Origin: Candidatus Sericytochromatia bacterium
Lineage (GTDB): Bacteria; Cyanobacteriota; Sericytochromatia; S15B-MN24; VGJW01
Direction: 5' to 3'
DNA length: 64,000 bases
NCBI GenBank assembly: GCA_035285865.1
Contig: JAYKHS010000022.1
Span: 96,001 to 160,000, forward strand
Shown: piece by piece, positions 1-9,600 of the stretch
Layout of the letters: every line of letters starts with the position of its first letter
Position numbering within the stretch: position 1 is the first letter of the stretch
Made by a program: the position numbers and the translations under genes
The notes under the pieces: model-generated
Told to the model about the DNA's origin: nothing
Database searches by the model: none
The model's input: only the letters and a program-made list of their open reading frames with translations

Positions 1-1751
1 CTCATGTCCACCAGATCATGGGCGTCTTCGATGAAGCTGATGGGGATCGCGTAGATCTCCTCGCCGACCTCCGTGAGCATGCACTGGATGATGGCGAGCG
101 TCAGCGGCAGGATGACGGTGACATGCGTGCCCCGGCCGACCTGGCTGGTCATGTCGAGGACACCCCCCAGCGCGAGGGTCTTGGCTTTCACGGCGTCCAT
201 GCCCACCCCGCGGCCCGAGATGTCCGTGACCTCGTCCCGGGTCGAGAAGCCCGGCAGGAAGAGCAGGTCGAGGCACTGCTTGTCATTCAGGCGCTGGGCC
301 TCGTCCTGCCCGATGAGCCCCTTCTCGACGGCCTTGCGACGGATGCGCTCGGGGTCGAGCCCCTTGCCGTCGTCCTGGACCTCGATGATGACGTGGCTGC
401 CTTCGTGGCGCGCCGCAAGGCGAATGGTGCCGATCCGTGGCTTGCCCATCAGCTCGCGATCGTCGCCGGGCTCGAGGCCGTGGTCGACGGCATTGCGCAG
501 CAGGTGGAGCAGCGGGTCCGCGATCTCGTCGATCATCAGCCTGTCGAGTTCGGTCTCCTGACCTTCGACCACCAGCTGGACTTCCTTGCCCAGCTCGCGG
601 GCCAAGTCCCGGACCATCCGCGGAAAGCGGCTGAAGACCCGCTCCACGGGCATCATGCGCAACTTCATGATGACGCCGTGGATGTCGGAGATGACGGAGC
701 CGACGTGTCGGATGACTTCCTTGACGTCGTCCGACTCGTAGCGGTGCACGATCTCCTGCAGGCGCGTCCTGTCGATGACGAGTTCGCCCACGAGGTTGAC
801 TAGGGCATCGAGTCGTTCCGTGGCAACGCGCACCGTCTGGGCGACCTTGGCCTTGCCCTCGTCGCCTTTGGCTTCCTGTGCAGCCTTCTGGGGAGGGGAT
901 GACGGGGCCGCCGGCGCAGGCGGTGACGGCGCAGGCGGCGGGGCCGGGGCGACCGGCACGGGATGCGGTGCGGCTGCTGCACGCTGGGCGGAGAGGGGTG
1001 CGAGGCGAACCGAGGCGACTTCGGACACGTCGCGGATGCGGGTTTCAAGGTCCTGGACCGATTCGCGGGAGAGCACGAGCAGGGAGAAGCTGCGGTCGAA
1101 GCGCTCTTCCTCGAGGTCGGAGACCTCCGGGCTGGCCTGCAGCAGTTCGCCCTGACCCTCGAGCGCGGACAGCACCATGTAGGCGCGAACTCCCTTGAGC
1201 ATGCAGTCGGCGGCCAGCGTCACCTCAATCCAGTGTGCGTGGAAGCCCTGCGATTCGCCTTCGAGGATGACGGTCATGACGTAGTCGGCGACGGCCGGCC
1301 AGCCTGATCCGGTGTCGGCAGCCGAGACGACAGTCTGGACAGCGACACCTGCATTGACAGGGGCCGTGACGACACCGTCTTCGAGGATGGCCGTCAGGCG
1401 CTGGGCGAGGGCTCGGTGGTCGGGGCCGGACCGTTCCTCGATGATGGCGTCCAGCATGCCCGAGATGGTGTCGAGGCAGGAGAACAGCGCGTCGACCACC
1501 GTCCTGTCCGCCTGGCGCTTGCCGACACGGATGGCGTCGAGCAGATTCTCCATCTTGTGCGTGAGATCGGCCAGTGCGGCGTAGCCCATCGTGGCCGACA
1601 TGCCCTTCAGGGTGTGGGCAGCCCGGAAGATTTCGTCGACGGACTTGCGATCGTCTGGCTTGCTCTCGAGTTGCAGCAAGCGGTCGTTGAGCAGTTGCAG
1701 CATCTCCCGTGCCTCGTCGAGGAAGATGCTCAGGTACTGGTCGTTGTCCAC
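1..1751 (-). CDS. cheA: Chemotaxis histidine kinase CheA (3' end beyond window)
   Basis: Not in the ORF track because it is open at the window edge. Manual translation from GTG at 1751: MDNDQYLSIFLDEARE...FRAAHTLKGMS (HPt), P2 domain, TVRVATERLDALVNLVGELVI, LLRNAVDHG, DDGKGLD, GFST...SGRGVGMD (HATPase), LPLTLAII. Confidence 0.96.
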   Translation of the reverse strand, partial: MDNDQYLSIFLDEAREMLQLLNDRLLQLESKPDDRKSVDEIFRAAHTLKGMSATMGYAALADLTHKMENLLDAIRVGKRQADRTVVDALFSCLDTISGMLDAIIEERSGPDHRALAQRLTAILEDGVVTAPVNAGVAVQTVVSAADTGSGWPAVADYVMTVILEGESQGFHAHWIEVTLAADCMLKGVRAYMVLSALEGQGELLQASPEVSDLEEERFDRSFSLLVLSRESVQDLETRIRDVSEVASVRLAPLSAQRAAAAPHPVPVAPAPPPAPSPPAPAAPSSPPQKAAQEAKGDEGKAKVAQTVRVATERLDALVNLVGELVIDRTRLQEIVHRYESDDVKEVIRHVGSVISDIHGVIMKLRMMPVERVFSRFPRMVRDLARELGKEVQLVVEGQETELDRLMIDEIADPLLHLLRNAVDHGLEPGDDRELMGKPRIGTIRLAARHEGSHVIIEVQDDGKGLDPERIRRKAVEKGLIGQDEAQRLNDKQCLDLLFLPGFSTRDEVTDISGRGVGMDAVKAKTLALGGVLDMTSQVGRGTHVTVILPLTLAIIQCMLTEVGEEIYAIPISFIEDAHDLVDM

Positions 1752-1754
1752 GCG

Positions 1755-2528
1755 TCAGGCCTTCTCGTAGAAGTACGGCCGCAAGGGGCGGCAGCCGTGC
1801 TCCCCGCCGGCGGGCAAATGCTCCGCCGAACCCACGAACAGCATACCCCCTGAGGGCAAGGCCCTCCCCAGCTTGCGCCATACTTCGTCCCGTGCGTCGT
1901 CGACCATGTGGATCGTGACGTTGCGGCAAAGAACGAGATGCTGGCCCTGCAGCGGCAGTTCCCCGAGCAGATCGTGCACGAGGAAACGGATACGGGCCAT
2001 CCAGGCCGTGGGGGCGGTCCAGGTTCCGTCGGGCGATAGGATGCCGCGTGTCTCGCGCCACGTCTCGGGCATACCTTGTTGGGCTTCGGGCGGGAACTGA
2101 CCGCGTGCGGCCCTTGCCAGCGTGGGACGGCTGATGTCCGTGGCCACGAACGTGCACCGCTCGAGCAGACCGGCCTCCTCGGCCATGGCCGCCACGGAAA
2201 GGATCTCCGCGCCGTCCGAGCAGCCGGCACTCCAGATGCGCACGGTCCCGAACCGTTCGGCGAGCGCCGGCAGGATATCGTCCCTGAGGGCCGCGAAGCC
2301 GTCGAGGTCGCGCAACCAGCCTGTGACGTGGATGGTCAGGCTGGCAACGAGTTCGTCCTGCAAGGCCACGTCGCGATGCAGGCGTTCGATCAGATGCTCG
2401 CGCGATTGCTCCGCCTGGCCCGAGAGCCAGGAGGTCAGTCGCCGATCCACGGCGTCGTCGCGATAGCTGGCGATGGGGAAGTCCAGAACGGAAGCCAAGG
2501 CCTCCTTGATGGCCTGCGTTTCGGCCAT
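1755..2528 (-). CDS. cheR: Chemotaxis methyltransferase CheR
   Basis: RIWSAGCSDGAE, ATDIS, HDLL, LCRNVTI, GGMLFVGSAE motifs. ATG at 2528 overlaps the flhA stop. Confidence 0.92.
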   Translation of the reverse strand: MAETQAIKEALASVLDFPIASYRDDAVDRRLTSWLSGQAEQSREHLIERLHRDVALQDELVASLTIHVTGWLRDLDGFAALRDDILPALAERFGTVRIWSAGCSDGAEILSVAAMAEEAGLLERCTFVATDISRPTLARAARGQFPPEAQQGMPETWRETRGILSPDGTWTAPTAWMARIRFLVHDLLGELPLQGQHLVLCRNVTIHMVDDARDEVWRKLGRALPSGGMLFVGSAEHLPAGGEHGCRPLRPYFYEKA

Positions 2529-4633
2529 CACGTCTGGATCACCCCGAGGGCCCGGACTTCGGTGCTGGTCGGCACGACCTCGTTGTAGGCCATGACGGGA
2601 ATCTGGGGCAGGTCGCGCTCGATCAGGCGACGGAACACCAGGCGTACCTTGCTGGAACACAGGATTACCGGCGTGATGCCGGAGGCCACCTGCTGTTCGA
2701 CGAGGCTTCGCGTGTTCCGGCGGATGATGCCGGCCAACCCGGGCTCGAGGCTGACGAAGGCACCCTGGTCCGTCTGCTGGATGTTCTGCGCCATGTGGTT
2801 CTCGAGGTCGGGGTCGAGCGTCAGCACCGCGAGGGCACCGTCCGGCCCCAGGCTGGCCTTGCAGATCGAACGCGCAAGCGCGAGGCGGGCATACTCCGTG
2901 AGCGTGTCGATGTCCTTGGTCAGACGTGCGTGGGTCTCAAGACTCTCCAGCACCGGGATCAGGTCGCGGATGCTGACGCGATCCCGCAGCAGGTTCTGCA
3001 GCACGTGTTGCACGTCCGAAACCTGCAGCAGTTCGGGAACCACCGCACTGACCAGCGACTCCTGCTCCTGCTTCAGGTTGTCGAGCAGGGCCTGGGTATC
3101 GGAGCGCGTCAGGATCTCGGGTGCGTGAGCCTTCAGGACCTCCATCAGGTGGGTGGCGATGACGGAAGCCACGTCGAACACCGTGTATCCGGCCATCTCG
3201 GCCTGCTCCTTGCGGTCCTCGGTGATCCAGGTGGCGGGAAGCCCGAAAACCGGCTCCACCGTGGCGATGCCGTCGATTGGCTCCACGGTGAGGCCTGAGT
3301 CCATGGCGAGGAAGTGGTCGATCTGGACCTCTCCGCGTGCGATGTCGATGCCGCGCAGGTTGATGCGGTATTCCTTGGGCTTGAGCTGCAGGTTGTCGCG
3401 GACCCGGATGGGGGGGACCACGAGGCCCATCTTGAGGGCCATCTGCCGGCGGATCATCGTGATGCGTTCGAGCAGGTCGCCGCCCTGCGTGGTGTCCACG
3501 AGCGGGATCAGGCGATAGCCGACCTCGAGCTCCATGGCATCGACCTTGAGCAGCGTCATGACGTTCTCGGGTCCCTTGAGGGCCTCGATGCCCATGTCCT
3601 CGGAGACTTCCTGAGCGGCGGCCGCGGCCTTTCCTGCCTGCTCCTGCCGGATCATCGTGTAGCCGATGCCGCCGACGATGCCTGCGACCATCAGGAAGGG
3701 CATCCCGGGGAGGCCTGGCACGATGGCGAGGAAGCCCAGCATCCCGGCGGCGATCAGCAGGGGGCGCGGGCTGGCCGTGATCTGGCCGGCGATGGTCTCG
3801 CCGAGGCTGGTGGTGCTGGCCGCGCGCGACACCAGGATGCCCGTGCCGGTCGAGATCAGCAAAGCGGGGATCTGGCTGATCAGACCGTCGCCGATCGACA
3901 GCACGGTGTAGCGGCCCGCCGCATCGACCAAGGGGCGGCCTTGCTGGAGGACGCCGATGATGATGCCACCGACCAGGTTGATGGCGGTGATGATGAGGCC
4001 GGCGACGGCGTCCCCGCGCACGAACTTGCTGGCGCCGTCCATCGTGCCGTAGAAGTCGGCCTCGCGCTGGATGGCCTGGCGACGTTCGCGGGCTTCCTGT
4101 TCCTGGATCAGGCCGCTGTTCAGGTCCGCGTCGATGGCCATCTGTTTGCCGGGCATGGCATCCAGGGTGAAACGCGCGGACACTTCAGAGATGCGGCCCG
4201 CACCGTTGGTGATGACGACGAACTGGATGATGACGAGGATCAGGAAGACCACGAGGCCGACGACGTAGTTGCCGCCGATGACGAACTTGCCGAAGGCCTC
4301 GACCACTCTGGGCACGTGGTCCGCATCGAGCAGGATGACCCGTGTAGTGGAGATGTTCAGGGCCAACCGGAACAGCGTCAGCAGCAGCAAAAGCGTGGGG
4401 AACGTGTTGAGCGAAACGGGCTCGATGACGTACAGCGCCAGCAGCAACATGAGGAGGCTGGCCGTGATGTTGACGACCAGCAGGAAGTCGAGGATCGCCG
4501 CCGGTATCGGCAGGATCATCATCACGACCACCGCCACCATGATGACGGCCAGGACGATGTCCGAGTTGCGCGCGAGGGCCGCGAGGCCGCCCGGGGCAGC
4601 ACCTCCGGCAGGGGCGGTCGACTGGCTGGCCAT
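2528..4633 (-). CDS. flhA: Flagellar export gate protein FlhA
   Basis: 701 aa; SARFTLDAMPGKQMAIDADLNSG, DFYGTMDGASKFVRGDA, GDGLISQIPALLIS. Confidence 0.98.
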   Translation of the reverse strand: MASQSTAPAGGAAPGGLAALARNSDIVLAVIMVAVVVMMILPIPAAILDFLLVVNITASLLMLLLALYVIEPVSLNTFPTLLLLLTLFRLALNISTTRVILLDADHVPRVVEAFGKFVIGGNYVVGLVVFLILVIIQFVVITNGAGRISEVSARFTLDAMPGKQMAIDADLNSGLIQEQEARERRQAIQREADFYGTMDGASKFVRGDAVAGLIITAINLVGGIIIGVLQQGRPLVDAAGRYTVLSIGDGLISQIPALLISTGTGILVSRAASTTSLGETIAGQITASPRPLLIAAGMLGFLAIVPGLPGMPFLMVAGIVGGIGYTMIRQEQAGKAAAAAQEVSEDMGIEALKGPENVMTLLKVDAMELEVGYRLIPLVDTTQGGDLLERITMIRRQMALKMGLVVPPIRVRDNLQLKPKEYRINLRGIDIARGEVQIDHFLAMDSGLTVEPIDGIATVEPVFGLPATWITEDRKEQAEMAGYTVFDVASVIATHLMEVLKAHAPEILTRSDTQALLDNLKQEQESLVSAVVPELLQVSDVQHVLQNLLRDRVSIRDLIPVLESLETHARLTKDIDTLTEYARLALARSICKASLGPDGALAVLTLDPDLENHMAQNIQQTDQGAFVSLEPGLAGIIRRNTRSLVEQQVASGITPVILCSSKVRLVFRRLIERDLPQIPVMAYNEVVPTSTEVRALGVIQT

Positions 4634-4642
4634 GGAAACGCC

Positions 4643-5692
4643 TTATACCCCGGCCCGCTGGACCGAGACCAGAATCTCGGCCACCACCTGGTAGAGTTCG
4701 GCCGGAATGCTCTCGCCGAGTTCCACCTGTCGGACCATCTGCCGCGCCAGGGGCGGATTTTCCACGACCGGAACGCCATGCAAGCGCGCGAGTTCCTTGA
4801 TGCGTCGTGCGACCTCGTCGGTGCCTTTGGCGACCACGATCGGCACGGGCACGTCGACCGGATGGTACCGGAGCGCGACGGCGAAGTGGGTCGGGTTGGT
4901 CACGACGACGCTCGCGAGGGGCACCTGCTGCATCATCCGGCGCCGGGCCGCCTGGCGCATGCGCTTGCGAATCTCTCCCTTGACCAGCGGATCGCCCTCG
5001 GTATTGCGGTTCTCGTCCTTGACCTCCTGCTTGGACATCTTGAGGGACTTCTCATAGGTCCGTTTCTGCCACCACCAGTCGAAGGCCGCGAAGGCAATCA
5101 GCACCATCACGATGCGCACGCCCAGCGTCCAGAGGGCTTCGCCGATCCGTGGCGCGAAGACCCGCGGATCGGAGCCGAGCGCCACGACCAGTTCAGGTCC
5201 GTACTGTCGGACGACTTGCCATGCCACGGCGCCGATGACGGCCATCTTGGCGAGATTCTTGACCAACTCCATCACTGCCCTGCTCGAGAACAGGCGTTGC
5301 AGGCCAGAGATGGGGTCGATGCGCTTGAGGTCCGGCCGCAGCGGTTCCGTGGTCAGCAACTGACCGACCATCGCCCGCTGGACGACGATACCCGTCAACA
5401 GCAGGCCGAGGGCGAAGGGGGCCGCGACGACAAGCAGGGTCCCGCCATCCTCGAGCAGGAGGGTGCCGAGGTATTCTGCCGTCATGTCGGGCCCGCGCAA
5501 CTGGCCGAGACGCCGTTGCATCATCTGACCCAGCGATTCCGAGGCCGAGGCCCAGTTCAGGCGGAACAAGGCCAGCGCGACGGCAAGCGAGGCCGCGATG
5601 GCGACATCGTTGCTGCGCAGGACCTGACCTTTGTTGCGCGCGTCCTGCCGACGCTTGGGCGTGGCCTCCTCGGTCTTTTCGGGTTCTGCCAT
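4643..5692 (-). CDS. flhB: Flagellar export switch protein FlhB
   Basis: EKTEEATPKRR N-terminus, KMSKQEVKDE..EGDP, NPTH autocleavage motif. Confidence 0.98.
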   Translation of the reverse strand: MAEPEKTEEATPKRRQDARNKGQVLRSNDVAIAASLAVALALFRLNWASASESLGQMMQRRLGQLRGPDMTAEYLGTLLLEDGGTLLVVAAPFALGLLLTGIVVQRAMVGQLLTTEPLRPDLKRIDPISGLQRLFSSRAVMELVKNLAKMAVIGAVAWQVVRQYGPELVVALGSDPRVFAPRIGEALWTLGVRIVMVLIAFAAFDWWWQKRTYEKSLKMSKQEVKDENRNTEGDPLVKGEIRKRMRQAARRRMMQQVPLASVVVTNPTHFAVALRYHPVDVPVPIVVAKGTDEVARRIKELARLHGVPVVENPPLARQMVRQVELGESIPAELYQVVAEILVSVQRAGV

Positions 5693-5695
5693 CCG

Positions 5696-6481
5696 TCAGG
5701 ACCCGAAGAAGCCCGAAAGCCGCGGCAACCAGCGTGCGATGAGCGTGTCGAGGAAGTGCGTGATGGCTGGCAGGCCAGTCAGCAGGATGCCGATCCCCAG
5801 CGCGATCTTGAGCGCGAAACCGGCCGAGAAGACATTCAGGGCCGGCATCATGCGGTTCATGACGGCGAGGCCGATCTCGGCCACCAAGAGCACGCCCAGG
5901 ATCGGAAAGAGCAGAGCGAAGGCGATCGTGAACAGGGTATCCAAGGCGCCGATTACTCGGTCCAGCATGCCGGGAGTGAATGGGTTTCGGCCGAGCGGAA
6001 CCTGGTCCAGCGTGCCGCCCAGGGCCTCCACGATGGCGAGGTGCCCGTCCGTCATCAGCAGCACCAGAGTAGCGATCGAACCCAGGAAGAGGGCGAGGGA
6101 GGGCAGCTGCTGATTCGACATGGGGTCGTAGACCTGGTCCATCCCGAAGCCCATCTGCAGCCCGATCAGGTAGCCTGCGAACTGCACGCCGTAGATCACG
6201 AACATGCCCAACACGCCGAGCGTCAGCCCGATGAAGGCTTCGCCAGCGACAGCCGTGGCGAGCCCCCCTGGTCCGGCCGGCAACTGGAGGCCGGGCCGGG
6301 CCAGCTCGAGCGGGACCAGAATCAGGGCAATCAGGGCGCCGAGTCCCACGCGTACGCGTACGGGGACCTGGGGGGCCGCCAGGATCGGGGCAGTCAGGGC
6401 CAAGGCACCGAATCGGGTCAGCAGCAGGCCGAACACCAGAATCCCCTGACCGGGGAGCTGCATCAAGCCCGTCAGCTCCAC
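5696..6481 (-). CDS. fliR: Flagellar export protein FliR
   Basis: Hydrophobic; GYLIGLQMGFG..YDP, RMMPALNVFSAGFALK. GTG start at 6481 inferred. Confidence 0.93.
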   Translation of the reverse strand: MELTGLMQLPGQGILVFGLLLTRFGALALTAPILAAPQVPVRVRVGLGALIALILVPLELARPGLQLPAGPGGLATAVAGEAFIGLTLGVLGMFVIYGVQFAGYLIGLQMGFGMDQVYDPMSNQQLPSLALFLGSIATLVLLMTDGHLAIVEALGGTLDQVPLGRNPFTPGMLDRVIGALDTLFTIAFALLFPILGVLLVAEIGLAVMNRMMPALNVFSAGFALKIALGIGILLTGLPAITHFLDTLIARWLPRLSGFFGS

Positions 6482-6489
6482 GGGCGGGC

Positions 6490-6759
6490 CTATTTCGCCA
6501 TGCGAGGCAACGACACGAGGACGGATCGGGAGAAGTCGAGAACGGACTCGAGCATCCACGGGCCCAGCAAGACCAAAACCGCCAGAATGGCCGCGACCTT
6601 GGGGATGAACGTGAGGGTGGATTCGTTGAGCTGCGTGACGGCCTGGATCAGGCTGATGACCAGACCCACCACCAGAGAGACCAGCAAAGGGGGGCCGCCC
6701 AGCATCACGGCCGTGAGCAGCGCCGTCTGCGTCAGTTCGAGAAAGGCCTCGCGTGTCAT
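6490..6759 (-). CDS. fliQ: Flagellar export protein FliQ
   Basis: 89 aa; GLVISLIQAVTQLNESTLTFIPK. ATG overlaps the fliP stop. Confidence 0.96.
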   Translation of the reverse strand: MTREAFLELTQTALLTAVMLGGPPLLVSLVVGLVISLIQAVTQLNESTLTFIPKVAAILAVLVLLGPWMLESVLDFSRSVLVSLPRMAK

Positions 6760-7520
6760 TGGAAGCTCTGCACCAGGCCGCGCGCCAGCAGGTGCCAGCC
6801 ATCGACCAGCACGAACAGGATCAGCTTGAAGGGCAGCGAGACCATGACCGGGGGCAGCATCATCATGCCCATGGACATCAGGATGCTGCTGACAACCAAA
6901 TCGATGACCAGGAAGGGCAAGTAGAGCGTGAAGCCCATCTGGAAGGCGGTCTTGAGCTCGCTGGTCACGAACGCCGGCACCACGACCCACGTCGGGATGT
7001 CCGACGGGCGCCGCGGACGCTCGATCTTGGCCAGGCGCACGAACAGCCCGAGGTCACGCTGTCGCGTCTGGCGCAGCATGAAGGCGCGAATGGGGCCCTC
7101 TGCGGCTTTGAGCGCCTGACCTTGGGTGATTCGTCCGGTCTGGTAGGGCTCCAAGGCATCCTTCTGGATGCGTTGCAGGGTTGGTGTCATCACGAAGAGC
7201 GTGAGGAACAGCGCGAGGCCGACCATGACCTGATTCGGCGGCATGGCTTGGGTACCCAGAGCTTGCCGGGTGAAAGAGAGCACGATGACGATGCGGGTGA
7301 AGGCCGTCATCATCACGAGGATGGCCGGGGCGAGCGACAGCACGGTCAGCAGCGCAAGGAGCTGCAGCGAAGTCGAGATGGATTGGCGATCCTCCGTCAG
7401 GGGGATCGCCGGCACCCGAATCTGGGCCAGTGCCGGAGCGTCGATGAGCAGCCACGCAACTATCACGGCTGTTGCCGGCAGCAGCCAGCGTTCGAGCGTC
7501 CGGAGATCCCGATCAGGCAT
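6756..7520 (-). CDS. fliP: Flagellar export protein FliP
   Basis: MMTAFTRIVIVLS, PPNQV, PAFVTSELKTAFQMG, MGMMMLPP..SLPFKLILFVLVDGW. Confidence 0.97.
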   Translation of the reverse strand: MPDRDLRTLERWLLPATAVIVAWLLIDAPALAQIRVPAIPLTEDRQSISTSLQLLALLTVLSLAPAILVMMTAFTRIVIVLSFTRQALGTQAMPPNQVMVGLALFLTLFVMTPTLQRIQKDALEPYQTGRITQGQALKAAEGPIRAFMLRQTRQRDLGLFVRLAKIERPRRPSDIPTWVVVPAFVTSELKTAFQMGFTLYLPFLVIDLVVSSILMSMGMMMLPPVMVSLPFKLILFVLVDGWHLLARGLVQSFQ

Positions 7521-8070
7521 GACGGCCCTGCTCGCTTGTGCGCGACGCCTGGCCCACCGATTGCCGGAACATGGCCTCGGCGACCGACGGTGGTGCCTGG
7601 TCAAGGGGCCACTCCGCCAGCTTGACCAGCAAGCCGGCACCGTTGGTGCCCAGCAGCAGGACCTGTGACCCGGCCTGCACCAGGCACAGGCTTTGCGTTC
7701 CGGCCAGCCGGGTCTGTTCCAGAACCATGATTCGTCCGTCGCCCAAGGGTGCCCGAAGGGCCATGAATCTCCGGAGGCCGAAGAGCGTGGCCACCAGCAG
7801 GCCCAGCACGAACAGGAAGCGGATCAGGAATCGGCCCAGTGCCTTCCACCATGGCACGTCCTCGGTCGCCTCAGGTTCCTCGCCGTAATCCCTCCAGACG
7901 AAGGCGTCTTCCGAAGCTTCCGGAACCGCTCCGGTTTCCGTGGGTTGGCTGACGGCCGCTGCAGGCGCGGCGATCGCGGCCTCGGCCCGGACCTCCTCCG
8001 GCATGGCGGGGCTCCACGCCAGTGCACCCGCCAGCACCAGCAGGCCGAGCGCGCGTGTCCTGGCCGTCAC
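7513..8070 (-). CDS. fliO: Flagellar biosynthesis protein FliO/FliZ
   Basis: TM helix followed by IMVLEQTRLAGTQSLCLVQAGSQVLLLG; located between cheY and fliP. Confidence 0.85.
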   Translation of the reverse strand: MTARTRALGLLVLAGALAWSPAMPEEVRAEAAIAAPAAAVSQPTETGAVPEASEDAFVWRDYGEEPEATEDVPWWKALGRFLIRFLFVLGLLVATLFGLRRFMALRAPLGDGRIMVLEQTRLAGTQSLCLVQAGSQVLLLGTNGAGLLVKLAEWPLDQAPPSVAEAMFRQSVGQASRTSEQGRHA

Positions 8071-8075
8071 GGGAG

Positions 8076-8435
8076 TCAGCGCAGGGCCTTCTTGACGGCG
8101 TCCACCACCCGGTCAGCCTGGAACGGCTTGACGATGAAGTCTCTCGCCCCGCTCTGGATGGCTTCGAGGACCATCGCCTGCTGACCCATGGCGGAGCAGA
8201 CGATGATGCGGGCCTTGGGGTCCTTCGACAGGATGTGGCGCGTTGCGGTCAGGCCGTCCATCTCGGGCATCGTGATGTCCATGGTGACCAGGTCCACCGT
8301 GTGCTGCTGGTACATCGAGACAGCCTCGACGCCGGTCTTGGCCTCGGCGACCACGTTGAAGCCGTGGGCCGTCAGGATGTCCTTGAGCATCAGGCGCATG
8401 AACGCCGCGTCATCTACGACCAGAATATTCTTCAT
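8076..8435 (-). CDS. cheY: Chemotaxis response regulator CheY (Bacillus/Thermotoga type)
   Basis: ILVVDDAAFMR, MDITMPEMDG, SAMGQ, DFIVKPF. Confidence 0.95.
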   Translation of the reverse strand: MKNILVVDDAAFMRLMLKDILTAHGFNVVAEAKTGVEAVSMYQQHTVDLVTMDITMPEMDGLTATRHILSKDPKARIIVCSAMGQQAMVLEAIQSGARDFIVKPFQADRVVDAVKKALR

Positions 8436-8439
8436 GGCT

Positions 8440-9600
8440 TCAGAAATCCGACTTGCGGAAGCCGCTCAGGCGCTCTGCCTGGCTGACGATGTCCGTGACG
8501 CGAATGCCGAAGTTCTCGTCGATCACGACGACCTCGCCCCGAGCGATCAGCTTACCATTGACCAGCAGGTCGACGGGTTCGCCGGCAAGCTTGTCGAGTT
8601 CGACGACGGAACCGTTGGCGAGGTCGAGGACCTCGCGAATCTGCATCCGGGTACGCCCCAGTTCGACCGTGACCTTGAGCGGCACGTCGAGGATCAGGTC
8701 CAGGCTGGAGGGGCCCTGGGCGCCCAGTTGCCCCTGGGTCAGCGGTGCGAACTGCGCGGGATGGACCGTGGGCGGCTCGCGGGTGGCCGCGGCCGCCGGA
8801 TAGCCCGTCGGCATGCCTTGGGGCATCGGTTGCGGCACGCCCTGAGGCATCGCCTGGCCGCCCTGACCGAGGCCGAACATGGAGGCGAGGTCCTGGGTAT
8901 CTGCATTGGCACGCTGGGCCCCGAGTGGTGCCGCGGGAACGTGCGGGATGGCCGCCGCGATGTTCTGGGTGTCGATGTCTATGGCCCGGGCAGCGGGGGA
9001 CGCACTTTCGTTGGCTGGCCGCAGGCGTTCCGTCATCCGGATCGCGTCCGCGACGGGCAGCAGTTGTTGCAGTTCCGACTGGAACAGGCCCTCCACCTCG
9101 AACGAACTGGTCACCAGCACCCAGGGGCCGCTGCCGAAGTCGGCCGGAAGCGTGAGATCGGCCGGGAAATCCACCACGGTCGTGACCGGCGGGCTGATGT
9201 CGACCTTGGTGCCGTACGCCCCCGTCAGCCCGTTGGCAGCCATGCCCATCATCTGGTTGACGGCCTCGGACATGGCGCTCTGGCGCAGTTCGTCGATCTC
9301 GAAATCCGGCGGGGAGCCCTCCCCTCCCATCATCAGGTCGGTGATGCGGGCCGCATCTTCCTTGACGAAGTAGAAGCAGTTGACGATGGCGCCCTGGATC
9401 TCGAAGTGGATCTCGACGGCGACGGCCGGGCCGGACAGGATGCCGGACAATTCATTGCTCGAGATGATGCGTGCGCGGGGTTGGCGAATCTCGACCTGGC
9501 GGTTCAGCAGGATGGACAGCGTGGAGCCACCTGCACCGAGGGCATTGCCCATGATTTCGACGAGGGCGTCCTGCTGGTCGCGCGACATGGCGTCAGTCAT
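8440..9600 (-). CDS. fliY: Flagellar switch protein FliY (CheC-like domain plus FliN/SpoA domain)
   Basis: N-terminal CheC-like region (SAMSEAVNQMMG); C-terminal LDLILDVPLKVTVELGRT...GEVVVIDENFGIRVT. Confidence 0.92.
   Translation of the reverse strand: MTDAMSRDQQDALVEIMGNALGAGGSTLSILLNRQVEIRQPRARIISSNELSGILSGPAVAVEIHFEIQGAIVNCFYFVKEDAARITDLMMGGEGSPPDFEIDELRQSAMSEAVNQMMGMAANGLTGAYGTKVDISPPVTTVVDFPADLTLPADFGSGPWVLVTSSFEVEGLFQSELQQLLPVADAIRMTERLRPANESASPAARAIDIDTQNIAAAIPHVPAAPLGAQRANADTQDLASMFGLGQGGQAMPQGVPQPMPQGMPTGYPAAAATREPPTVHPAQFAPLTQGQLGAQGPSSLDLILDVPLKVTVELGRTRMQIREVLDLANGSVVELDKLAGEPVDLLVNGKLIARGEVVVIDENFGIRVTDIVSQAERLSGFRKSDF

Noticed and set aside
3314..6829. 1171-aa plus-strand ORF, and similar long antisense ORFs (e.g. 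19234-21288, 42011-44095, 53337-54929, 61328-63088)
   Set aside because: They are shadows of well-supported genes on the opposite strand, expected from high GC3 codon bias, and have no recognisable motifs.
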